Source of the DNA: Candidatus Latescibacterota bacterium
GTDB lineage: Bacteria; Latescibacterota; UBA2968
Direction of reading: 5' to 3'
DNA: 64,000 nt
Assembly (NCBI GenBank): GCA_965204745.1
Contig: OZ242010.1
Location: 2,944,001 to 3,008,000 of the forward strand
The position numbers were made by a program, and so were the translations under genes. The notes beneath the pieces are model-generated. The model worked only from the letters and a program-made list of their open reading frames with translations, was not told the DNA's origin and made no database searches. Positions 1 to 9,551 of the stretch are shown here, one piece after another (positions within the stretch are counted from its first letter, which is position 1; each line of letters begins with the position of its first letter).

Positions 1-4
1 TAAC

Positions 5-637
5 ATGGGTTGGGCACTGTTTGAACAGGGTGGGTTGATGATGTACCCGCTGACCCTCTGCTCGGTGTTGGCGTTGGGCATTGCGATTGAGCGCGGGTTC
101 GCGTTGCGCCGGCGCGCCATTATTCGCCCCGAAATCGTCAGCGTAATCGACAATATCCAAGGGCCGGAAGACATCGGGTTGGCACTCACGGTTTGCCGGC
201 AATACAAAGGCCCGTTTTCCCAAGTGATGCGCGCGGGGCTAGACAATCGCCATTTGCCCCTTGAGGAGATTCGCGAGAGCATTTTGGATCAGGGGCGTCA
301 GGAGATGGGCGCGTTGCAAAAGGGGTTGGTGGTGTTGGAAACCGTGGCCGGCGTGTCGCCACTTTTGGGGCTTTTGGGCACGGTTTTGGGCATGATCAAG
401 GTGTTTCAACAGGTTTCAGAAGTGGGCGTGGGGCAGGCCAATCTCTTGGCAGGGGGCATTTCCGAGGCGATTTTGACGACGGCTGCGGGCCTGTTCATTG
501 CGATTCCGTCTCTCGTGTTCTACAATTTGTACAGCAGCCGCGCAGAGAGTTTGATTTTGGAAATTGAAAAGTACGCCAATACCCTGTTGAAAAAGCTGCG
601 GGGATTTCAAGGCACCGGCAAGGCGGAAATCCGATGA
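5..637 (+). CDS. exbB: MotA/TolQ/ExbB proton channel protein
   Basis: GGLMMYPL N-terminus, SPLLGLLGTVLGMI and GISEAILTTAAGL TM motifs; overlaps exbD start. Confidence 0.9.
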   Translation: MGWALFEQGGLMMYPLTLCSVLALGIAIERGFALRRRAIIRPEIVSVIDNIQGPEDIGLALTVCRQYKGPFSQVMRAGLDNRHLPLEEIRESILDQGRQEMGALQKGLVVLETVAGVSPLLGLLGTVLGMIKVFQQVSEVGVGQANLLAGGISEAILTTAAGLFIAIPSLVFYNLYSSRAESLILEIEKYANTLLKKLRGFQGTGKAEIR

Positions 638-1044
638 GACTGCAAACGCCCCTCAAACGCCGACCGGCCGTGAATGTGACCTCGTTGATCGACGTGCTGT
701 TCTTGTTGCTGACGTTCTTCCTCGTCACCACGCAATTCATAGATCAATCCGCGCTCAAGGTCGAATTGCCCGCAATGGCGCACTCGGAAAAAACGCAGCA
801 TATCAGGCGTTATATTCTCAACGTGTCCGCAGATGGTCAAATGACGCTGGATGGGCAGGCCGTCAACCGCGAGCGCCTGCGGCACTTGCTCACGCGACAA
901 GCGGCGGATGTGGATGCGAGTGGGGGCTTGGTCTTGCGCGCAGACCGGCACTTGCCCTACGGCGATGTGATGTCGATCCTCGACCTGATCAGAGGCACGG
1001 GAATCCGGCGAATTACCAATGCCACCGCAGAACCGGGGAAATAG
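634..1044 (+). CDS. exbD: ExbD/TolR biopolymer transport protein
   Basis: NVTSLIDVLFLLLTFFLV TM motif and LRAD..YGDVMSILD; ATGA overlap with exbB. Confidence 0.9.
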   Translation: MRLQTPLKRRPAVNVTSLIDVLFLLLTFFLVTTQFIDQSALKVELPAMAHSEKTQHIRRYILNVSADGQMTLDGQAVNRERLRHLLTRQAADVDASGGLVLRADRHLPYGDVMSILDLIRGTGIRRITNATAEPGK

Positions 1045-1077
1045 ACGAGCTCTGAACCACCCCGCCCAACCCCCTTC

Positions 1078-1192
1078 GGTGAGAGGCAAGACGGGAGAGG
1101 TAAGAGGCGAGAGGCAAAAGGCGGTAAGAGGTAAGACGCAAGAGGGGAGAGGGGTGGCCTTCTCGCGTCTTGCCTCTGCCTTCTCACCTTTT
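1078..1192. repeat. Purine-rich then pyrimidine-rich heptamer tract with central GGTGGCCTTCTC
   Basis: GAGAGGC/AAGAGGT units followed by their complements; same architecture at 31634-31740. Confidence 0.75.
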
Positions 1193-1209
1193 TGGGGTGG
1201 CGGAGGGGA

Positions 1210-1310
1210 ACGCACTTGGCGGGGCGGTGTTGGGAAGGGCACGCACGGGCGGATGGGCGGATGAGCGGGGCACGCACTTGGGCGGATGAGTGGCTGGGGA
1301 TGGGCACGCA
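1210..1310 (+). repeat. GCACGCAC(TT)GGGCGG dispersed repeat
   Basis: 3-4 units; near-identical reverse-complement copy at 28268-28376. Confidence 0.75.
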
Positions 1311-1329
1311 GATTTGAGAGATAGGAACA

Positions 1330-1938
1330 ATGCGCGATTCCAAATCGTCAAATTTTTCAAATGTCGAAGATATCCAACTTGTTGCCCAAGTTTTGGAAGG
1401 CAACACAGGAGCGTTTTCCGCATTGGTGCAACGACACCGCGAGCGCGTGTACCGCACGGCTTACAGCTTGGTCGGCGATCTCGACGAAGCAGACGATTTG
1501 GCACAAGAGGCATTTCTCAAGGCGTTTCGCGCCCTCAGACGATTTCGGGGACAATCGCTTTTTTCGACATGGCTACACCGCATCGCGGTCAACTGTTGCT
1601 TGGATTACCTCAAGTCCAAGCATCGGCGCAGCTTTGTTTCACTGGAAGAATATCGGGAAGATTGGGACGCGCCTCTCGTGTGGGTGAGGCGGTCCGAAAA
1701 TGCGGATGTGCGCGTCGAGCGGCGGGAATTGCAGGAACTTCTCGAGCGCGCTTTGGGCGATTTGTCCGAGGGATACCGCGTGACATTCGTCTTGCGAGAA
1801 CTCGAAGGGCTGGCCTACGAGGAAATCGCGGAGTTGCTCGGTTGTTCGATTGGCACGGTTAAATCTCGCCTGTTCCGCGCGCGAGCAAAACTCCGAGAAA
1901 TTTTGCAGGTGCAATACGAAAACTGGATCGAGGCGTGA
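1330..1938 (+). CDS. ECF sigma factor, RpoE-like
   Basis: ADDLAQEAF, FSTWLHRIAVN (region 2), YEEIAELLGCSIGTVKSRLFRAR (region 4). Confidence 0.93.
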   Translation: MRDSKSSNFSNVEDIQLVAQVLEGNTGAFSALVQRHRERVYRTAYSLVGDLDEADDLAQEAFLKAFRALRRFRGQSLFSTWLHRIAVNCCLDYLKSKHRRSFVSLEEYREDWDAPLVWVRRSENADVRVERRELQELLERALGDLSEGYRVTFVLRELEGLAYEEIAELLGCSIGTVKSRLFRARAKLREILQVQYENWIEA

Positions 1939-1939
1939 T

Positions 1940-2419
1940 ATGGACGCAGACAACACCGTCGACATCGACCGCGAATTGTTGTCGGCATATCTCGATGACG
2001 CGCTGACAGAAGCGGACCGCGCCCGGGTTGACCGGCTGTTGCTCACGTCTGAAAGTGCGCGGCGCGAACTGAGCGAGATGGTGCGGGTGCGCGAATTGTT
2101 CGCCGCATGGTCTCCGCCCTCGCCCGACCCCTTTTTCGTGCGCCGCGTGAATAGGCGAATCGTCGAGGAAGTGGCGCGTGGAAACAACCGCTGGCACAGC
2201 AGGGTGCAAAAATTTGCCACCGCTGCGATGGTGCTGATTTCGATAGGCTCGCTGGCATTTTTGACACAGCGGTTGAACCGAGAGGTCGAACCGGTGACGC
2301 TGGATTCTTTTTTGCAGGGGTCGCTCGACCGCGAGGTGCGCGAGGTTGCGAGTTTGACCGAAGATGATTTTTCCAAGGATCGCGTGCTCGATCTCGTCGT
2401 TTCCAGTGCGGCGCGCTAG
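1940..2419 (+). CDS. Transmembrane anti-sigma factor
   Basis: ELLSAYLDDAL N-terminal anti-sigma motif, one TM helix, 1 nt after sigma stop; zinc HxxxCxxC absent. Confidence 0.8.
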   Translation: MDADNTVDIDRELLSAYLDDALTEADRARVDRLLLTSESARRELSEMVRVRELFAAWSPPSPDPFFVRRVNRRIVEEVARGNNRWHSRVQKFATAAMVLISIGSLAFLTQRLNREVEPVTLDSFLQGSLDREVREVASLTEDDFSKDRVLDLVVSSAAR

Positions 2420-2447
2420 TCCAAATGTCGGATTGAAAGGGTTGGTC

Positions 2448-2819
2448 ATGTTTATTTCGCGGTTCCGATTTATCGGCCTGCTCGTTTTGTGTTTCTTGAT
2501 CGGCGCGGTGACAGGGACGGTGTACGAGGGTCTCGCGTCCGGTCAGGCTGGCAAGCGGCGGGTGCGTATGGCTGAAATGGTGGCAAAGCTCGACTTGTCC
2601 GAGGATCAAAAAGCGCGGCTGGACAGGGTGTTGGAGAACGGGCGCAAATGTATGGTGGATATCAATACGTCGTACCGCGCCGAGTTTGGCAAAGTGCGAA
2701 ATGCGACCAAGGCCGAAATTCACGAAATTTTGACGCCAGAACAGCGGAAAGAGTTTGATGCGATCATCGCCGAACAAGCCGCTCGGCGGCGTCATTCCCA
2801 TAGACACCCGGCTCGGTAA
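2448..2819 (+). CDS. Spy/CpxP-like periplasmic helical protein
   Basis: N-terminal hydrophobic segment, LDLSEDQ and ILTPEQRKEF LTxxQ motifs. Confidence 0.75.
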   Translation: MFISRFRFIGLLVLCFLIGAVTGTVYEGLASGQAGKRRVRMAEMVAKLDLSEDQKARLDRVLENGRKCMVDINTSYRAEFGKVRNATKAEIHEILTPEQRKEFDAIIAEQAARRRHSHRHPAR

Positions 2820-2967
2820 AGGCGATAGACACAAAAAGGCGATAGCCAGTTCAAAGGCATAAAAGGCGATAGCCACAAAAGGCACAAAAGGCACAAAAGG
2901 CGATAGCCAATTCAAAGGCACAAAAGGCGACAGCCAGTTCAAAGGCGATAGCCACAAAAGGCACAAA
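2818..2967 (+). repeat. AAAGGCAC / GGCGATAGCCAGTTC composite repeat
   Basis: repeated AAAGGCACA and AAAGGCGATAGCCA units; related copies at 17441-17512 (reverse) and 38521-38596. Confidence 0.8.
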
Positions 2968-3005
2968 TCGCCTTTTACCTCTTACTTTTTGCACAAAGGG
3001 AGCAG

Positions 3006-4871
3006 ATGATGCGATCAATTTTTAATCGTCAGTGGTTTGTTCTGATTTTTCTCGCGCTTTTTGCCTGTGGGGAAGAGGAAGCACAACAGGCGGAGGGACG
3101 TGGTGGGCGCGGTGGGCGTGGTGGGCGCGGTGGCGGTGCGGCTGCACCTGTGAAGGTCGAGGCGGTGAAACGCGGGGATATTTCCTCTTATATCCTGAAA
3201 AATACGACCCTTGAAGCCGAGAGATGGGTCGATGTGCGGGCGCGGACAACCGGGCAGGTTATTTCCATTCTCAAGGAAGAGGGCGATCCGGTACGCGCGG
3301 GCACCGTGCTCGCTCGGCTCGATGCGGACAATGCGCGGATCACGGTTTCACAGCGCGAAGTCGCCTATCGAGAAGCCCTTCAGCAGTACGAGCGGGAAGA
3401 CGCTTTGTTCCAGCGCAATTTGGGTAGCAAAGAGGCGTATGAAAGGGCAAAAACACAGCTCGAGGCAGCCAAAGCGCAACTCGAACAAGCCAAACTCACG
3501 CTGAGTTATACGGCGATTACGTCGCCTATCGCGGGCATTATGACCCTGAGAAATATCGAATTGGGCAATATGGTTACCAACAATCAGGTCGTGGCCTCTG
3601 TCGCCAAATTCAATCCCCTGCTCGCGCGCATTCAGGTCACGGAAAAGGACTTTGGCAAAATTACGGTGGGGCAGATCGCGCGCATTACCGTCGAAGCCGC
3701 GCCCGAAAGAGAATTTACGGGCACGGTGAAGATGATCAGCCCGGTGGTGGATCCCGCAAGTGGCACGGTGAAAGTGACCGTTGAGATCCCCCGAACAGAA
3801 GAAAGCCTGTTGCGTCCGGGGATGTTTGCCTCGGTTTATATCATCACGGAAACGCGGAGAAGTACGCTGGTGATTCCCAAAAAAGCCCTGGTGCTCGAAG
3901 GAGAAGGCAATCAGGTTTTTGTTTATGAAACCGATTCCGAGACCGGGCGCGGGCAGGCGCAGCGCAGGCGCATTGAAATCGGGTTCACAGACAGCGACCG
4001 CTTAGAAATTCTTTCCGGCCTTTCGCTCCGTGAACAGGTCATCACGGTCGGACAGGAAGGATTGAGGCCCGGGTCTTCGGTGCGCCTCGTAGGCGAGGCC
4101 GCGCCGCCCGCATTTGCCGGGCGCGGCGGGATGGGTGCTGGTGGACGCGGCGGAGGTGGCGGTTTTGCAGGCGGTGGGCAAATGGGCCAAGGCGGTGGTT
4201 TTGCAGGTGGCGGCGATCCCACAGACCGCGTCAAGCGGATGCTCGAGCGTTTTCCCGAAGCCAAAGCCGAATACGATAAGCGCGTGAAGGGCGATCCGCA
4301 ACTGGCGACGGATCTGGACAAACTCCGCGCATTTATGGCCGAGATGCGAGAAAAGGGCTTGATCGCAGGCGGACAGGGGCGCGGCTTCGGCGGTGGGCAA
4401 ATGGGTGAAGGCAGGGGCCAAGGCCGTCGAGGTGGCGATGGCGGATTCGCTGGCGGCGGTCAACGAGGCCGAGGCGATGGGGCAGGTGGGCAGATGGGCG
4501 AAGGTAGGGGCCAAGGCCGTCAAGGTGGCGACAGCGGTTTTGCAGGTGGTGGTCAACGAGGCAGGGGCGATGGGACTGGTGGGCAGATGGGCGAAGGTGG
4601 ACGCCGCGGACAGCGCGGTGGCGACGGTGGTTTTGCAGGCGGTCAACGAGGCCGAGGTGAGGGGGCTGGTGGGCAGATGGGGCAAGGCGGTGGTGATCCC
4701 ACAGAGCGGATGAAACGCATGATCGAGCGTCTTCCCGAAGTGAAAGCCGAATACGACAAGCGCGTGAAGGGCGATCCGCAACTGGCGACGGATCTGGACA
4801 AACTCCGCGCATTTATGGCCGAGATGCGAGAAAAGGGGTTGGTCCCCGCGCGAGGCAGACGAGGTAATTAA
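3006..4871 (+). CDS. RND efflux periplasmic adaptor (lipoprotein) with Gly/Arg-rich C-terminal extension
   Basis: LALFAC lipobox, EGDPVRAGTVLARLD, ITSPIAG, LRPGMF; about 250-aa low-complexity tail. Confidence 0.9.
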   Translation: MMRSIFNRQWFVLIFLALFACGEEEAQQAEGRGGRGGRGGRGGGAAAPVKVEAVKRGDISSYILKNTTLEAERWVDVRARTTGQVISILKEEGDPVRAGTVLARLDADNARITVSQREVAYREALQQYEREDALFQRNLGSKEAYERAKTQLEAAKAQLEQAKLTLSYTAITSPIAGIMTLRNIELGNMVTNNQVVASVAKFNPLLARIQVTEKDFGKITVGQIARITVEAAPEREFTGTVKMISPVVDPASGTVKVTVEIPRTEESLLRPGMFASVYIITETRRSTLVIPKKALVLEGEGNQVFVYETDSETGRGQAQRRRIEIGFTDSDRLEILSGLSLREQVITVGQEGLRPGSSVRLVGEAAPPAFAGRGGMGAGGRGGGGGFAGGGQMGQGGGFAGGGDPTDRVKRMLERFPEAKAEYDKRVKGDPQLATDLDKLRAFMAEMREKGLIAGGQGRGFGGGQMGEGRGQGRRGGDGGFAGGGQRGRGDGAGGQMGEGRGQGRQGGDSGFAGGGQRGRGDGTGGQMGEGGRRGQRGGDGGFAGGQRGRGEGAGGQMGQGGGDPTERMKRMIERLPEVKAEYDKRVKGDPQLATDLDKLRAFMAEMREKGLVPARGRRGN

Positions 4872-7800
4872 GTGAAGCTGATCGAATTTTCGACCCGGCG
4901 AAGGGTCACGGTAACGATGTTTGTGGCGGCAGCCGTGCTGTTTGGCATGGTGGCATTTCAACGCTTGGCAATCAACCTGCTGCCCGATATCACGTATCCC
5001 ACCTTGACGGTACGCACGGAATACGCCGGCACCGCGCCCTCAGAGATGGAACGCTTGATCACAGAGCCGATTGAGGGGTCCGTGGGCGTGGTCAATGGGG
5101 TCATCCGCGTCACCTCGACCTCGAGACCTGGGGTGTCGGATGTGGTCGTGGAATTTGCGTGGGGCACGGATATGGATTTTGCTTCGCTCGACATTCGAGA
5201 GAAGCTCGACCAAGTGCGCTTGCCACAAGACGTGCGAAAACCCGTGTTGTTGCGGTTCGACCCCTCGCTCGACCCGATCATGCGCGTCGGCCTCTACGGG
5301 GAAGAGAGCCTGATTTCCCTGCGCCTTTTGGCCGAAGAAGAGATCAAGCCCGAGTTGGAAAGCCTCGAGGGCGTGGCGTCTGTCCGCATCAATGGGGGAT
5401 TAGAGGAAGAAATTCAGGTCGAGATCGACCAGCCCAAATTGGCCGCGCTCCGCATTCCCTTGGCGCAGGTGGTCAATCGCTTGGCGCAGGAAAACGTGAA
5501 CCTCACGGGGGGCGAACTCAAAGATGGCGAAGCCGAATACTTGGTCCGCACCTTAAACGAATTTAAGACTATCGAGGAAATTCAGGATATCGTGGTGGGC
5601 CAGCGGCAAGGCACGATTGTGACCCTGGTCGATGTGGGGCGCGTGTGGCGGGGGCACCGCGAGCGCGCGGTGATTACGCGCATAGATCGGCAAGAGAGCG
5701 TGGAACTGGCGATCTACAAGGAGGGCGATGCCAATACGGTCACGGTTGCGCGCGCGGTCAAAGAGGCGATAGCGCAATTCCGGCAAACGTCTGGCGATTT
5801 GTTGGGCAATGCGCGCATGGAAGTGGTGTCCGACCAATCGACATTTATTCAGGACTCGGTTTCCGAAGTGCTCAACACCGCGATTTTGGGCGGGTTTTTA
5901 GCCATTATCGTTCTCTATCTGTTTTTGCAAAGCCCCAAGAGCACGGGCATCATCAGCGTTTCCATTCCCATTTCGGTCGTCGCCACGTTTTTCTTGATGT
6001 ACGTGTCGGATGTGAGTCTCAATATCATGTCCCTGGGCGGGCTCGCATTGGGGATCGGCATGCTGGTCGACAACTCCATCGTGGTGCTCGAAAGCGTGCA
6101 GCGTTATCGAGATTCGGGCATGGGGCCGCGCGAAGCCACAAATCGCGGCGGGTCCGAAGTGGGGCAAGCCGTGGTGGCGTCGACGATGACGACGATCTGC
6201 GTCTTCGTGCCCATCGTATTTGTGGAAGGCATCGCCGGGCAACTCTTTCGGGATCAGGCACTGACTGTGACCTATTCGCTCGTGGCGTCCCTCCTGGTCG
6301 CGCTCACGGTCATTCCCATGCTGGCCTCGCTGGAATTTTCGTGGATCGGGGAATTTGCCGCAGTGGAAAAACGCAAAAAGGAAAGCGGGCACAAGGGCGG
6401 GGTGGAAGCACCAGCCCGCGCGATGGGGTTGTTCGGCGCGGTGATGGGCGGCATCGGCCGCGGCATTCTCGCTTGCCTGGCGCCCTTGTTCTGGCTTTTT
6501 GACCGGGTCATCGGCCGGGCGTATCAGATCTACCCCCACATTATCCGGTGGGCACTCGGGCACCGCCTCGTGGTGATCGGGGTGGCTATCGCCCTGTTGG
6601 GCGGCACGGGGACCTTGGGCCAAAGGTTGGGCAGCGAGTTGATTCCGGAAATGAGCCAAGGCGCGTTCACCATTTCGGTCGAAATGCCCCTGGGCACGCC
6701 CTTGGCCGCGACGACGCAAGCCATCCAAGCCATCGAACACCTCGTCCGCAGCCAACCCGAAGTGCGCTTGGTGTACAGCATCGTCGGCACGCAATCCGCG
6801 TCTGGGGGAAGCGGCGGCGAAGAGCGGGAAAACGTGGGCGAGGTCAATGTGGTATTGCACGAGGGCATTATTCGAGACCGGGAAATCGCCGTGATGGACC
6901 GCCTGCGCCAGATGATTATGGAAATCCCCGCAGTGGATACCAAATTTACCCGGCCGTCCCTGTTTTCGTCTCGCACGCCCATCGAAGTCGAGGTCGCCGG
7001 CTACAACTTGCAATCGCTTCAGATGATCGCCGGGGAAATGATGGCGCGCATGCAGACCATTTCCGGACTGACGGATATCAAGACCACGAGCGAGGGCGGT
7101 ACGCCCGAAGTGCAAATCCGGTTTGACCGCAAGCGCGTGGCGCAGATGGGCACTACGATCAACGCTATCGGCGCGATCATCCGCAATCAGGTTCAAGGGG
7201 AAGTCGCCACGCAATTCACGCGCGGGGACAGGCGCGTGGATATTCGCGTGCGCGCAGAGGAAGAACACCGAAGCACAGTGGAGGACCTGCGGCGGTTGAT
7301 CATCAGCCCCAACAACGCGCCGACGCCCGTGCCCTTGAGCGTGGTCGCGGATTTGCAGGTGGAGATGGGGCCTGCGGAAATTCGCAGAGTTGACCAAGAG
7401 CGCGTGGCATTGATTTCCGCCAATTACGTGGGCAGAAGCCTCAGTGCCGTGGTCGCGGACTTGGAGCGCGAAATCGAGCAGATCGAGTTGCCCGCTGATT
7501 TTGCGATTAAGGTGGGCGGGCAAAACGAGGAGCAACAGCGGTCGTTTGAAAGCATGCGCTTGGCGATAGGGCTGGCGATTTTTCTCGTGTACCTCGTGAT
7601 GGCGTCGCAGTTTGAATCGCTCGTCCACCCGTTTGTGATCATGTTCGCCATCCCGTTCGCATTGGTCGGGGTATTTGCGATGCTCCTCTTGACCGGGCAG
7701 ACCGTCAGCGTGGTCGTGCTCATCGGTTTGATTATGTTGGCGGGCATCGTCGTCAACAATGCCATCGTGCTCATCGACTATATCAACACGCTCCGCCGCG

Positions 7801-8147
7801 ACGAGGGCATGCCCAAGCTGGAGGCCATCGCAGAAGCGGGCCGAGTGCGCCTGCGTCCCATTTTGATGACCACCTCGACCACCGTGCTCGGGTTGTTGCC
7901 CATGGCGATGGGCATTTTCAATTTTCAACCCCTCGTCAAGCACATCGAAGGCGCGTTGGATGGGGTGTTGTCCGGGTCGATATTCACTGCGGTGATGGCG
8001 GTGGTGGGGGTGCTCTTCCCGGTGGGGCAAGGCGCGGAGATTCGCGCGCCGATGGCGCTTACCGTGATCGGCGGGTTGGTCGTCTCGACACTCGTGACCC
8101 TGGTGTTGATCCCAACGCTGTATTCGCTCACGGATCGCGAGGAGTAG
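4872..8147 (+). CDS. RND efflux permease, AcrB/AcrD/AcrF family
   Basis: GMLVDNSIVVLE, GIVVNNAIVLID, RLRPILMT motifs; 1091 aa. Confidence 0.95.
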   Translation: MKLIEFSTRRRVTVTMFVAAAVLFGMVAFQRLAINLLPDITYPTLTVRTEYAGTAPSEMERLITEPIEGSVGVVNGVIRVTSTSRPGVSDVVVEFAWGTDMDFASLDIREKLDQVRLPQDVRKPVLLRFDPSLDPIMRVGLYGEESLISLRLLAEEEIKPELESLEGVASVRINGGLEEEIQVEIDQPKLAALRIPLAQVVNRLAQENVNLTGGELKDGEAEYLVRTLNEFKTIEEIQDIVVGQRQGTIVTLVDVGRVWRGHRERAVITRIDRQESVELAIYKEGDANTVTVARAVKEAIAQFRQTSGDLLGNARMEVVSDQSTFIQDSVSEVLNTAILGGFLAIIVLYLFLQSPKSTGIISVSIPISVVATFFLMYVSDVSLNIMSLGGLALGIGMLVDNSIVVLESVQRYRDSGMGPREATNRGGSEVGQAVVASTMTTICVFVPIVFVEGIAGQLFRDQALTVTYSLVASLLVALTVIPMLASLEFSWIGEFAAVEKRKKESGHKGGVEAPARAMGLFGAVMGGIGRGILACLAPLFWLFDRVIGRAYQIYPHIIRWALGHRLVVIGVAIALLGGTGTLGQRLGSELIPEMSQGAFTISVEMPLGTPLAATTQAIQAIEHLVRSQPEVRLVYSIVGTQSASGGSGGEERENVGEVNVVLHEGIIRDREIAVMDRLRQMIMEIPAVDTKFTRPSLFSSRTPIEVEVAGYNLQSLQMIAGEMMARMQTISGLTDIKTTSEGGTPEVQIRFDRKRVAQMGTTINAIGAIIRNQVQGEVATQFTRGDRRVDIRVRAEEEHRSTVEDLRRLIISPNNAPTPVPLSVVADLQVEMGPAEIRRVDQERVALISANYVGRSLSAVVADLEREIEQIELPADFAIKVGGQNEEQQRSFESMRLAIGLAIFLVYLVMASQFESLVHPFVIMFAIPFALVGVFAMLLLTGQTVSVVVLIGLIMLAGIVVNNAIVLIDYINTLRRDEGMPKLEAIAEAGRVRLRPILMTTSTTVLGLLPMAMGIFNFQPLVKHIEGALDGVLSGSIFTAVMAVVGVLFPVGQGAEIRAPMALTVIGGLVVSTLVTLVLIPTLYSLTDREE

Positions 8148-8148
8148 C

Positions 8149-8973
8149 ATGACGACCGATATCGATCAAAAGCGCGACGAGACGTTTGCCGAATCGCTCC
8201 AGAACCATTCGCTTTCAGAACTCGAAGATATTTACGCCCATCTGGACCGCGACTCGTTTCCCGACCGTTTTGAATTGGTCAGAGCCGAGATCGAAACGCG
8301 CTTAAAGGAATTCGATTCCAATGGTGCGGACGCGGGCATCGAGGCCGAGCCGCCGGGGATTTGGCGGCGAATCGCGTCGGGCATGATCGATTTTTCCATG
8401 CAGGTGCTCGTTCCGTTTTTGATTTTTTATTTGATCAAAAATACCCTTTTTTCTCGCGCACAACCCGCGGGCGGCGGGGGTGGACGCGGTGGACGCGGGC
8501 GCGGCGGTGGCGGACGCGGGCGCGGCGGCGGTCAATCGGACGATCTCTGGTCGGACATCACGGGTTTTGTGGGCGGGGCAAAGGATCTCGTCGTCGGCTC
8601 GATAGAGGGCGATCCCGCAGCACAGAGCAGGGCGATGGCGATTTGGAATGATTTTGGAACGATTTTGGTCATTCTGATCGTTTTCCGAATTTTTATGACG
8701 CTGTCGGGCTGGGCGCGATCTGGGTTCACGCCTGGGATGCGCGAATTGGGCATTCGGCTAGAGCGCGTCAGGGGCGGGTCGCCAACGTGGGCGCAAGCGG
8801 TGGGCAGGTTTGTGTTGCAACCCGTGTTTTTTATTTTGAGTTTGGGACTCAGCGGATTGTGGATGCTTTGGGACCCGGACAGCCGAGCACTGCACGACAA
8901 AATTCTCGGCACAAAGCTGGTGCGCGTGTTGCGGACGTGGGAAAAGACAGAGGCGGAGCGGAGATTTGAATAG
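8149..8973 (+). CDS. RDD family membrane protein with RGG tract
   Basis: WRRIASGMID, TPGMRELGIR, ALHDKILGT. Confidence 0.8.
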   Translation: MTTDIDQKRDETFAESLQNHSLSELEDIYAHLDRDSFPDRFELVRAEIETRLKEFDSNGADAGIEAEPPGIWRRIASGMIDFSMQVLVPFLIFYLIKNTLFSRAQPAGGGGGRGGRGRGGGGRGRGGGQSDDLWSDITGFVGGAKDLVVGSIEGDPAAQSRAMAIWNDFGTILVILIVFRIFMTLSGWARSGFTPGMRELGIRLERVRGGSPTWAQAVGRFVLQPVFFILSLGLSGLWMLWDPDSRALHDKILGTKLVRVLRTWEKTEAERRFE

Positions 8974-9024
8974 CGGGGAAGGCTGGACGCTGGCCGGTTT
9001 TTCGACTATTTGTGGCGGTTATCC

Positions 9025-9053
9025 GAAACTTTTGGTCATGTGCTTTCGTCTAA
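9025..9053 (+). promoter_or_regulatory. Putative ECF-type promoter
   Basis: GAAAC-N17-CGTCTAA about 33 nt upstream of the 9086 ATG. Confidence 0.45.
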
Positions 9054-9085
9054 ACCCTCGAAATATTTGGAGAAGGAGCGCGAGT

Positions 9086-9523
9086 ATGTGCAAATGGATG
9101 TACAAAGGATGTTGCGTCGTGCTGGCAACCGCGGTTTTCATCGGGTGTTTGGCGCCTGTTGCCGAAGCGCGATCTTTTTTTACCGCGCGGCGCACCTTTG
9201 GCGTTTTGTTTTTAGGTGGCAGTGCGTTTATGGCCAAGCGGGCGATTGATCACAAGCGCGATGCAAACGACATTTACGCCGCCTATAAGGTGGAGACAAA
9301 TGCTCGGGAGGCCGAACGGCTTTTTAACCGCGCGAGTGACCGCGATGACAAGAGCCTGATGAGCGTTGGGTTTTCTGCAATTTTGTTGATCAGTGGGTTG
9401 CGTTTGCTCATGCACAGCGGCGTGGATGAAAAAGTGCCCAAACTGGATCGGCGAATCAAAATTGATCTCAACAGCGATATTCGCAAAAGGTCTGTTGGGA
9501 TTGCGTTGAAGAAGAACTTTTAA
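9086..9523 (+). CDS. Hypothetical exported/membrane protein
   Basis: AAGGAG RBS before ATG, signal-like N-terminus (..VAEA), two further hydrophobic segments, C-terminal Phe. Confidence 0.7.
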   Translation: MCKWMYKGCCVVLATAVFIGCLAPVAEARSFFTARRTFGVLFLGGSAFMAKRAIDHKRDANDIYAAYKVETNAREAERLFNRASDRDDKSLMSVGFSAILLISGLRLLMHSGVDEKVPKLDRRIKIDLNSDIRKRSVGIALKKNF

Positions 9524-9551
9524 TCGGCACACATGCCACGAGGAGAGGATT

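Noticed and set aside
1207-1231. GGAAC-N17-GTT ECF promoter upstream of the sigma gene
   Set aside because: Falls inside a dispersed repeat, so the match is weak evidence.
5898-8150. 750-aa antisense ORF
   Set aside because: Shadow frame of the GC-rich RND gene.
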